Shown in pieces: positions 25,975 to 37,100 of a DNA stretch of 64,000 bases. The position numbers and the translations under genes are program-made. The notes below the pieces were generated by a model that worked only from the letters and a program-made list of their open reading frames with translations, was not told the DNA's origin and did no database searches. The stretch's first letter is position 1. Each line of letters begins with the position of its first letter. The stretch is from Selaginella moellendorffii. Taxonomy: Eukaryota > Plantae > Lycopodiophyta. The DNA lies in NCBI RefSeq assembly GCF_000143415.4, contig NW_003314417.1, forward strand, positions 185,752 to 249,751, written 5' to 3'.

Positions 25975-26797
25975 TTCCATACATGCAAGTAAACCCAGAA
26001 GAAAAAGAATGGTGAAGATGGCTTGTGAGCCAAGGAAATGGCAATCTCCCTAACCAGGGTTTAACCAAGTTTACATTGCCGAGTTCACACCCCATTGATC
26101 AAAGAAGTATATGTATGAATTTATATATGATAAATGTATCTGTAGTTGATTCCCCAGATAAATCCCTGCACCACGACCCAGTGATCATACAAAGATAGAA
26201 GCTGGCCAACTGTATATGGCTTTAGAGTTGGTAGCAGCATGCTCAAGGCTGGATGGTTCCTGGTGAATTCTTGCAGACTTTCACCTAGCATGCAGCAAGG
26301 AAAGAACATTCAGGAACTTACTTTGTGAGGAGTCAAATAATCCGGAACACCTTCCACTCGAAGTTCCTCGAGGATCTGAAGAAAGAAACATTTAGACCAT
26401 GAAAGAATACAAGAGATTCCTTACTGACCCTGCCATTTTGCAAGTTATACATAAAAGATTTTGATTAGAATCCTTTCTATAATTTTAAATTTCTGTAATA
26501 ACTTCCTATACAGTGATAATAATTGCAACAATATGGGATATGAGAGACCATATGCTTAAATTACTTTTGTTACCAATAAAAGAAAGGGTATATACAAAGA
26601 CAATGTTCCATTGTCATAAAAAGTATTTGTGGATATTGATGATCTCCAAGGTATAACTATCAATCTCTACACTAAAATGACATTATGAATTTCAGACAAA
26701 TAATTTAAAAAATATACATCATCGCTACTGATTGATGAAAACAAACAACTAATTCTTTAGGATTCATGTCACCTATATGACAGATGTCCTATCTATT

Positions 26798-26822
26798 CCA
26801 GCGGAGCTGGATTCCTTGCTAG
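26798..26822 (+). mobile_element. Helitron 3' terminus abutting a family B LTR
   Basis: ccagc-gga-gctgg attccttg ctag|ttgaaagtta; the intact B LTR reads gagta|ttgaaagcta, consistent with an A|T target. Confidence 0.88.
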
Positions 26823-26832
26823 TTGAAAGTTA

Positions 26833-28479
26833 TGTGAGACACAAATCCCTAAGCCCCAAAGTGGAGCCGAAAGGTGCCACGTGGTAGTGGTCGAAGCAAA
26901 AGCCAAACGAGCGTAACACGTTTGGACTAAAAGGCTCCGACTTGAAAGGTTGAGAGCAGGAGTGGAACTCCCAACGGAGTGCTCAAGGAACGAGCATGGA
27001 GTCTGAGATGGACCCGAGTTGGAGTCCGAGGTGGAGTCCGAGATGGAGTCTGAGATGGACCCGAGTTGGAGTTCGAGGTGGAGTACGAGATGGAGTCCGA
27101 GATAGACCCGAGTTGGAGTCCGAGGTGGAGTCCGAGATGGAGTCCAAGATGGACCCGAGGTGGAGTCCTAGGTGGAGTCCGAGATGGACCCGAGTTGGAG
27201 TCCGAGGTGGAGTCCGAGATGGACCCGAGTTGGAGTCCGAGGTGGAGTCCGAGATGGACCCGAGTTGGAGTCTGAGGTGGAGTCCGAGATGGAGTCCGAG
27301 ATAGAGTCCGAGATGGACCCGAGATGGAGTCTGAGGTTGAGACCGAGACCAAGACTGAGACCGGGACCGAAACCGAGACCAAAACCGAGACCGAGACCGG
27401 GACCGAGACCGAGACCGAGGCCGAGGCCGAGTTCGAGTCCGAGTCCGAGTCCAAGTCCGAGTCCGAGTCTAAACCGAGTCCGAGTCCGAGTTTGAGTTTG
27501 AGAGGGTGAAAGCCCAAAGCGTTCGTCTCCCAGACCCTAGGGGGTTTGGTGAGCTCCAAAAGTATAGTAAGGGGGAGGACTGCAGTGGAGCCAGTTTGGC
27601 CCAGAAAGGCCAGATCTAGTGTTGGGTGATGAACTGACCACTAGGAAGTCCAAGACTAGAGTGAATACGGACCGACAAGCGGGGTAGCNNNNNNNNNNNN
27701 NNNNNNNNNNNNNNNNNNNNNNNNNNNNNNNNNNNNNNNNNNNNNNNNNNNNNNNNNNNNNNNNNNNNNNNNNNNNNNNNNNNNNNNNNNNNNNNNNNNN
27801 NNNNNNNNNNNNNNNNNNNNNNNNNNNNNNNNNNNNNNNNNNNNNNNGGGAGAGTACCCAGGTGGCTTGTGTAAGGCCACAGTGTTCCGAAATGTTGTCC
27901 CAAAGTCCCAGACGGTGAAAAGGAAGAGGAGCAATCCTCTAGTGCAGTGACCAAGGATACGGTCACATGGTGAGGAAGTCCCAAAGGACAGTGGGATTTA
28001 GAGGTCGGGCTTGCGAGCTTCAACCCAGTAGTAGTGTTGGTGAACACGGCCATGGACAGAAAGGGACTTGGTGAGAATAAGAAAAGAGATATTGGGGAAG
28101 GCTATTCCCCATGTCTGCGGGCATTCTAAGGATGCTAAAGAGTGGATCTGGGATGACCACTCATGGACGGATGGCCCAATCTTGGAGAGACGGGATTGCA
28201 ATGCAAATGGTGTTGGACCACCGATGTGACCAAGGTGATTGGGCATGGCCTAGTGTAACAGGCTGGTACGTTGGTGGTGCCTTGGGGTGTCGGTCATGGG
28301 ACCAGACACGTGGAGCACTGGGACCAAGTGCAAAGGTTGAGTGGCATGGATGCTATTCTCGGGGCTAGCAAGCCCCAAGTCCTGAGTGGGGCTTATGGAG
28401 GTTGTGAATAAGACTCCTCCAAGTGGTCAGAGGTGTGGTTAAGTGACTAAAGTAGAATGGAAAAATTTAGTCGTTTACA
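26833..28479 (+). repeat. Family A 5' LTR (contains a gap; hexamer array at about 26997-27502)
   Basis: TG...CA termini, followed by PBS. Confidence 0.92.
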
Positions 28480-28482
28480 ATT

Positions 28483-28493
28483 TGGTATCGGAG
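28483..28493 (+). promoter_or_regulatory. PBS (TGGTATCGGAG)
   Basis: ttaca att tggtatcggag. Confidence 0.9.
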
Positions 28494-31059
28494 TTGTTCC
28501 TTATTCCGACTTTTATTGGTGCCGAAGTATATCACCACTAGTGTTGGCATCGGAAGGTCCTAGAAGTGGGTTTGTCCTTGAGGAGTAACAAGTCGGGAAG
28601 ACATAGCTCTCCACTACAATTCACGTGTGAACTTGTAGGCAAGGTGGTGGATAGAAAAAAGCCAATGATGGAACAACTTTGGGATCTTGGGAACAGTGTA
28701 AGGTTTTCCTCATTGAGTTGAGGATGTGATCCAAATGAGCGTTTGACTCAGCAAACTAGCTAATGTAGTTGTAGTAAACAACTACAGTTGGGATCACAGG
28801 GAAGATAGAGACTCTAAAACGATAAAGAAGTCACAAGATTACCCTCAAGAAGTTGAGGCTGATGCTTATGAATTTGAGACCAGAAGTAATGACCGCGGGA
28901 GGTCAAATACAGAAAAGGACACAAGTCCTTGAAATGGTAGCCGGAGCTACCTCTAATAAATGCTGGAACAACCCAAGGAGTTGGGGGTGTATTTAGAGGA
29001 TGAGTTGGTATTCTCATCACATGGACAAGTGGTCCTAAGAGGCAAAAGGTTGTCCCTAGAGAACAAATCAAGTGTCGGAGTAACACTTGCAAAAGATGGT
29101 CCTTGTGAGTAGGACATAAATACAAGGAGTTGTATTCCAGTGAGTTAGCACCTCAAAAGTAAGACCTCATAGATCGTTGGATTAACAAAGTCCAAAAGGT
29201 TGAATGACTCCAATAGAGTCAAGGAATAATCCTAAGGGCTTGAGGAAAGCATTTGGACTGAGGTGTGTGGTGCCCCACGAAGGATGGGGAGGATCTTGAG
29301 ATCCAAGCATGAGAGCAGTATGTATCTCATTGATGGCAGAAGGTGTCATGCTAAAGTCGTGAGAAAGAGTTTCCCGGAAGAAAACAACTTTGACACAAAG
29401 TTGTGCATGAACTCTATAGTGTAGTGCTAATGGATAATTGGCCTAAGAAACAACCATATTGGTCTTGGCAAAAATACCTGGACACAAGTAAAAAGTGTCA
29501 TAAAGGTAGGCTCGTGGAGCCGATAGTGTGGAGACACCGAAGGTGCCAAGGCATGTTGGCTTGAGGTCAAGTTGGTGGGTTCATAAGAACCCCTTCCAAA
29601 AGAATCCCAATGGAAATGGGAATAGTATAGCCTAAGCTGGAAGGCGATTAGAGTGTGGTGACCTAGATAATGATGGAGNNNNNNNNNNNNNNNNNNNNNN
29701 NNNNNNNNNNNNNNNNNNNNNNNNNNNNNNNNNNNNNNNNNNNNNNNNNNNNNNNNNNNNNNNNNNNNNNNNNNNNNNGTCGCAAGGGCAATAGATAAGG
29801 CCCGAGGGACTAAGTCCCTAGCGAATGATGGACTTGACAACTATGAGGCAACTAAGCAAAAGGTGCAAAATAATTCATAAACTGGTGGAAGGCAACTACC
29901 TAAGACTTTTTATTGGGATAAGGAAGTTCGATATACCTTTATAAGGGATAAATTGCTTATGTTGCGACATAGTAAGTCAATGTCAAAAAGGGAATGCTTG
30001 TTGTCAGAGAGGCCATCATTAGGACACCCAAACACTCTAGAACACTAGAAGGGGGTATTTGGTGTCATGAGGGCAATGGATAATGCCCAAGGGACAAAGT
30101 CCCTAGCGAATGAAGGATAGGAAGTGCTATCCAAATGTCCAAGGTTGTGGAGACAAGAGAAGTCCGTCTACCTAAATTGGATAAAGCCAAAGAGGGATTT
30201 TGGCAAGACTAGTGATGGGCATATAAAGGCCCATAAGTAGCAATGGTGATCCTAGTGTGTGGGATTACAAGGTGAGCAAACCTGGATTGAGGAACCACTC
30301 CCTAAACTGTCGGGTAGGTTCATCCCTATGAATACTTGCCAAGGCATGGTAGAAAGTGCAAAGCTATCTTCCTAGTCTGGAGGAGAATAACCAAAGGAAA
30401 TGTATGAGGCCAAAAGGCAAGTAGTATAGGGATAGAACCGAACTATAAAAATTGACAAGCATGACCAAAGGTGGTTATGCAAGTTGGGAGTGGAGAATCA
30501 AGTGGGTGCTCAAGCATGTTGTTACTAGCGACCGGGATGCCATGAAGAGTCTAAAGCATGGGATTGTCCATGTTAGACTATATGGTAATTGACAAGCTGC
30601 AAAAAGGAGAGGCCTTAGCAAGCCAAGGAACAGAGTTCCTTGAACGTTCCTCTAGGTAGATAAGTACCTAGTCAGCCAAGTGTAAATGGTTCATAAAACG
30701 CGCGAAATCAGAGTGGCACAGCAGAAGCGTGGTCTTTAAGTTTGCCATGAGGCGAGGCTATCAAGATTAGGGAAGTAGTTCCCGAGTGTTCAAAGAGAGG
30801 GCTTTGAATGAAAGTCGATAGTTAAAGACTTTCACGCTTATGCATGAACCATGTTACGGTGGCCGAATGACATGCTAAATGAGATTGGCAAGTCGGGGGG
30901 AACAAATCCCCTAGTTGAAGGTGCTAACTTTAAAAGGGGTGGCCCATGGGGCCGAGCATGGAAGAGTCCATGCATGATCACAAACTTGTCAAGTGAGAGG
31001 ACTTGGCAATGCGGAGGAACTAGGTTCCTAAGCTGTGATCTATAACGCGCTTTAAGTAC

Positions 31060-31480
31060 ATGTTGGTGCACCGGCGTGGGGAGTCACGTCAGGCATCCGG
31101 TGCGATGCCATCCATAGATGCATATACGGAGGTTGCGTTCGAGTCCTAACCCTCTAGTGCTTGGGTTCGAGTCCCAAATCATTAGGGCGTGGTGATGGTT
31201 TGGGATATGAGGACACTCATATTTCGGTGGTCATAGACTCTCAGTGAGGAGACTGGTTTGGGCACACCGCCAAGCGAGGGATGCCTCGGAGTCGTGATGC
31301 ACAGTTAGATTGCTTAAAGTGAAAGCTCGGCATATCTAACTTAAACACTTTGGTGCAAAAGGCACCAAGGACGTGGTGAATGAGATGGGGACACCCAGTC
31401 TCAATTGCTATGGATCCTTGGCCAGAAGGGTTGGCTTGGGCGCACTGCCAAGTGTGGGGGATGCCCCCGGGGTCATAGTC
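31060..31480 (+). other. Conserved hairpin-dense cassette with two tRNA T-arm-like hairpins (copy 1; duplicate at about 36331-36751)
   Basis: ggttgcg-ttcgagt-cctaacc at 31131-31151 and ttggg-ttcgagt-cccaa at 31161-31177, plus several adjacent stems. Confidence 0.6.
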
Positions 31481-32547
31481 AACAATTTAAAGGGGTCTGG
31501 AAGACCTAGTTCCTATTAGTAGACCTATTAAGGGGTTAAAATGAGATCACCAAGTGATCTTGTGGCTAAACAAAGATAAGGCCTTTGTTTGGGTTAAGGA
31601 ATATAATTCCCAGTTCAAAGTGTTGATTTGAACTATTGATAATGGTGTGACTTGGTCGAGGTGACCAAGTGAGAAGGACACCTAAAGGGAAATCAATTGT
31701 GCCAATACGATGGTATAGTAAGTCCAAGAAAGTAGTCTCGGGGAGAGACCCATGGAAGGGTCGCAAAGTTGGGCCGTGGACGAAGCCTAGAGCAGAAATT
31801 GCTAAAGAGATCTACTAAGAGTGAGCACCCGCTGGACTTAGCAAAGTAGAGCCTTTGCCATGGAACCAAAAAGATACCTCGAGAATGGAGGTAGTGATCC
31901 TATGTTGCTCAGTGTGACAATCAATGGATAAGAGCAAAAGACTAGCAGCCAAGTGTGGGCCATGGAATTCATTAAAAGGAATCCAAATGGCAAAGTTAGG
32001 CATGGAACACTAGTGTGTTGGATGCTAACGAATTGTGAGAAAGGAAGTGTGCTTCCAAGGATGGATTCCCAAATGCTCCAAGTTGGCAAAGGTGAAAGCT
32101 CCAAGAGAGGGAGCGGCGAAGTAGCCAAAGGATAGGGTTGTGGATAGCTCTAACACAACTTACGATGGCTGGAACTTGGTGCCAAAAGTGGCATAAAATA
32201 GAAAGGAGGACGATGGCGCCCTCAAGTGGGGAGCTTCCTAGGATGGGAAGTGAAGTTGCAATATGTGCAGTGAAAGGTGTCAAAGACACCAAAGAAATTG
32301 ACTTTGAGAAGTCAAAATTAAAAAGTTCCAAAGTGAATTGGTTATGTCAATAGAAGTTGGGACTACTCGAGAATGAGTAGTGGAATTGAGTTAGAGAAGG
32401 TGTCTCTAATGGGTTTAGCGAGAACTGAATCAATAAAAGGGAGGAAACCACCCCAGGTGGCCAAATGAGTCTCTATGTTGGAGAGACTATGCCCCTTAGA
32501 GGATGGACAAGGCATGGTGAGCCTTCGGGGTCAAACCATAAACAAAT

Positions 32548-33165
32548 CAATGGTTTCCAGAGGCAAGGGGACCATGCACAGGAGCAGCTTGGCGGAAGAT
32601 CGGGTGTTGGGGACGCTTAGGATAGGGCACCCGAGTTAGGTGGGACGCGGTAGGCGCCGAAGTTGGGACTACAGTCTGGGAGGCCCTTGGACGGGCGAGA
32701 TGGGAGGTATGGCGGGCTTCCGGGGTACAGGCACTCTGGGAGGCTCGGAACCGCAACCACTTTGAAGGGCAGTGCGCTCGGATTTCAGCGATCATGGCGA
32801 ATTGGTGGAGGCTCACACTAGCTGCTATCCGCTTGAGGGATACGCTGCTCCAGGAGCATGGGAAAAACAGGGAGGCACTCACAGCTTGGCGACGACTATG
32901 GACTCCGTGCTACGGAACTGAACACGAGGGGGAGGTCAAGTGGAAATGGAGACCTTCGGACATGGTAACAAAGGAGGCTCGACGTGGCGATCTGGCACTG
33001 GATGCACTGCGGAGGCGACGACCACAGCAACCACGATTGGAGGGCTGCGATCACTATTAGGTGGAGAATTGCAGGACAGCGTAGTTGAGTGAACAGCGCT
33101 AAGGGATTCTTGTTTTTTGTATTAGTCCCTAAGGGACTTGGAGAAATGTACATATACGTTGCATC
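32548..33165 (+). mobile_element. 5'-truncated LINE (618 bp) with 15-17-bp TSD (tc)aaaccataaacaaat and no poly(A)
   Basis: Matches 40798-41415; TSD at 32533-32547 and 33166-33180; carries a stop (GR LG*) absent from the long copy. Confidence 0.93.
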
Positions 33166-33272
33166 AAACCATAAACAAATATTGGCTGGGTGCCAAGGAT
33201 GGAAATGGTAATACCTGCGGGTGTTACTTTATAAAAGGGTTTACCGTTCGATGAGAACATCGAACTTCGTCT

Positions 33273-33285
33273 ATGGGTGGTAGAG
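33273..33285 (+). promoter_or_regulatory. Polypurine tract of family A (duplicate at 38544-38556)
   Basis: atgggtggtagag immediately before LTR tgtgagacac. Confidence 0.75.
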
Positions 33286-33286
33286 T

Positions 33287-33654
33287 TGTGAGACACAAAT
33301 CCCTAAGCCCCAAAGTGGAGCCGAAAGGGTGCCACGTGGTAGTGGTCGAAGCAAAAGCCAAACAAGTGTAACACGTTTGGACTAAAAGGCTCCGACTTGA
33401 AAGGTTGAGAGCGGGAGTGGAACTCCCAACGGAGTGCTCAAGGAACGAGCATGAAGCAGGCAATAAGCAAGGCTCCAAAAAGGGACCCAAAAGGACTAAC
33501 ACATGACACATGGAAGTGTCCGAGATGGAGTCCGAGATGGACTTGAGTTAGAGTCCGAGGTGGAGTCCAAGATGGAGTTCGAGATGGACCTGAGTTGGAG
33601 TCCGAGGTGGAGTCCGAGATGGAGTCTGAGATGGACCCGAGTTGAGTCCGAGGT
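33287..33654 (+). repeat. Family A LTR start, running into an assembly gap
   Basis: Essentially identical to the sequence from 38558. Confidence 0.9.
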
Positions 33655-34114
33655 NNNNNNNNNNNNNNNNNNNNNNNNNNNNNNNNNNNNNNNNNNNNNN
33701 NNNNNNNNNNNNNNNNNNNNNNNNNNNNNNNNNNNNNNNNNNNNNNNNNNNNNNNNNNNNNNNNNNNNNNNNNNNNNNNNNNNNNNNNNNNNNNNNNNNN
33801 NNNNNNNNNNNNNNNNNNNNNNNNNNNNNNNNNNNNNNNNNNNNNNNNNNNNNNNNNNNNNNNNNNNNNNNNNNNNNNNNNNNNNNNNNNNNNNNNNNNN
33901 NNNNNNNNNNNNNNNNNNNNNNNNNNNNNNNNNNNNNNNNNNNNNNNNNNNNNNNNNNNNNNNNNNNNNNNNNNNNNNNNNNNNNNNNNNNNNNNNNNNN
34001 NNNNNNNNNNNNNNNNNNNNNNNNNNNNNNNNNNNNNNNNNNNNNNNNNNNNNNNNNNNNNNNNNNNNNNNNNNNNNNNNNNNNNNNNNNNNNNNNNNNN
34101 NNNNNNNNNNNNNN

Positions 34115-37100
34115 GGTATTCTCATCACATGGACAAGTGGTCCTAAGAGGCAAAAGGTTGTCCCTAGAGAACAAATCAAGTGTCGGAGTAACACTTGCAA
34201 AAGATGGTCCTTGTGAGTAGGACATAAATACAAGGAGTTGTATTCCAGTGAGTTAGCACCTCAAAAGTAAGACCTCATAGATCGTTGGATTAACAAAGTC
34301 CAAAAGGTTGAATGACTCCAATAGAGTCAAGGAATAATCCTAAGGGCTTGAGGAAAGCATTTGGACTGAGGTGTGTGGTGCCCCACGAAGGATGGGGAGG
34401 ATCTTGAGATCCAAGCATGAGAGCAGTATGTATCTCATTGATGGCAGAAGGTGTCATGCTAAAGTCGTGAGAAAGAGTTTCCCGGAAGAAAACAACTTTG
34501 ACACAAAGTTGTGCATGAACTCTATAGTGTAGTGCTAATGGATAATTGGCCTAAGAAACAACCATATTGGTCTTGGCAAAAATACCTGGACACAAGTAAA
34601 AAGTGTCATAAAGGTAGGCTCGTGGAGCCGATAGTGTGGAGACACCGAAGGTGCCAAGGCATGTTGGCTTGAGGTCAAGTTGGTGGGTTCATAAGAACCC
34701 CTTCCAAAAGAATCCCAATGGAAATGGGAATAGTATAGCCTAAGCTGGAAGGCGATTAGAGTGTGGTGACCTAGATAATGATGGAGGTGTGGAAGCACCA
34801 GCAATGAGTTGTAGGACTTGACAACTATGAGGCAACTAAGCAAGAGGTGCAAAGTTAATTGGTTAAATGGGTAAAAGGTAGCTACCCAAGACTTTTTAAT
34901 GGCATAAGGAAGTTAGATATACCCTTACGGGGGATAAATTGCTTATGTTGCGATATAGTAAGTCAATGTCGTAAACGGGAATGCTCATTGTCCGAAGGCC
35001 ATCATTGGGACACCCAAACACTCTATAACACCAAGAGATGGTGTTTCGTGTCGCAAGGGCAATAGATAAGGCCCGAGGGACTAAGTCCCTAGCGAATGAT
35101 GGACTTGACAACTATGAGGCAACTAAGCAAAAGGTGCAAAATAATTCATAAACTGGTGGAAGGCAACTACCTAAGACTTTTTATTGGGATAAGGAAGTTC
35201 GATATACCTTTATAAGGGATAAATTGCTTATGTTGCGACATAGTAAGTCAATGTCAAAAAGGGAATGCTTGTTGTCAGAGAGGCCATCATTAGGACACCC
35301 AAACACTCTAGAACACTAGAAGGGGGTATTTGGTGTCATGAGGGCAATGGATAATGCCCAAGGGACAAAGTCCCTAGCGAATGAAGGATAGGAAGTGCTA
35401 TCCAAATGTCCAAGGTTGTGGAGACAAGAGAAGTCCGTCTACCTAAATTGGATAAAGCCAAAGAGGGATTTTGGCAAGACTAGTGATGGGCATATAAAGG
35501 CCCATAAGTAGCAATGGTGATCCTAGTGTGTGGGATTACAAGGTGAGCAAACCTGGATTGAGGAACCACTCCCTAAACTGTCGGGTAGGTTCATCCCTAT
35601 GAATACTTGCCAAGGCATGGTAGAAAGTGCAAAGCTATCTTCCTAGTCTGGAGGAGAATAACCAAAGGAAATGTATGAGGCCAAAAGGCAAGTAGTATAG
35701 GGATAGAACCGAACTATAAAAATTGACAAGCATGACCAAAGGTGGTTATGCAAGTTGGGAGTGGAGAATCAAGTGGGTGCTCAAGCATGTTGTTACTAGC
35801 GACCGGGATGCCATGAAGAGTCTAAAGCATGGGATTGTCCATGTTAGACTATATGGTAATTGACAAGCTTGCAAAAGGAGAGGCCTTAGCAAGCCAAGGA
35901 ACAGAGTTCCTTGAACGTTCCTCTAGGTAGATAAGTACCTAGTCAGCCAAGTGTAAATGGTTCATAAAACGCGCGAAATCAGAGTGGCACAGCAGAAGCG
36001 TGGTCTTTAAGTTTGCCATGAGGCGAGGCTATCAAGATTAGGGAAGTAGTTCCCGAGTGTTCAAAGAGAGGGCTTTGACTGAAAGTCGATAGTTAAAGAC
36101 TTTCACGCTTATGCATGAACCATGTTACGGTGGCCGAATGACATGCTACATGAGATTGGCAAGTCGGGGGGAACAAATCCCCTAGTTGAAGGTGCTAACT
36201 TTAAAAGGGGTGGCCCATGGGGCCGAGCATGGAAGAGTCCATGCATGATCACAAACTTGTCAAGTGAGAGGACTTGGCAATGCGGAGGAACTAGGTTCCT
36301 AAGCTGTGATCTATAACGCGCTTTAAGTACATGTTGGTGCACCGGCTTGGGGAGTCACGTCAGGCATCCGGTGCGATGCCATCCATAGATGCATATACGG
36401 AGGTTGCGTTCGAGTCCTAACCCTCTAGTGCTTGGGTTCGAGTCCCAAATCATTAGGGCGTGGTGATGGTTTGGGATATGAGGACACTCATATTTCGGTG
36501 GTCATAGACTCTCAGTGAGGAGACTGGTTTGGGCACACCGCCAAGCGAGGGATGCCTCGGAGTCGTGATGCACAGTTAGATTGCTTAAAGTGAAAGCTCG
36601 GCATATCTAACTTAAACACTTTGGTGCAAAAGGCACCAAGGACGTGGTGAATGAGATGGGGACACCCAGTCTCAATTGCTATGGATCCTTGGCCAGAAGG
36701 GTTGGCTTGGGCGCACTGCCAAGTGTGGGGGATGCCCCCGGGGTCATAGTCAACAATTTAAAGGGGTCTGGAAGACCTAGTTCCTATTAGTAGACCTATT
36801 AAGGGGTTAAAATGAGATCACCAAGTGATCTTGTGGCTAAACAAAGATAAGGCCTTTGTTTGGGTTAAGGAATATAATTCCCAGTTCAAAGTGTTGATTT
36901 GAACTATTGATAATGGTGTGACTTGGTCGAGGTGACCAAGTGAGAAGGACACCTAAAGGGAAATCAATTGTGCCAATACGATGGTATAGTAAGTCCAAGA
37001 AAGTAGTCTCGGGGAGAGACCCATGGAAGGGTCGCAAAGTTGGGCCGTGGACGAAGCCTAGAGCAGAAATTGCTAAAGAGATCTACTAAGAGTGAGCACC

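Noticed and set aside
26833-28479. Retrozyme (hammerhead-bearing LTR)
   Set aside because: No CTGANGA...GAAA core with flanking helices noticed by eye; an Infernal search would be needed to exclude it fully.
31100-31180. tRNA gene
   Set aside because: T-arms are present but I found no acceptor stem, canonical D-arm/A-box or anticodon arm; reported as a tRNA-like motif instead.
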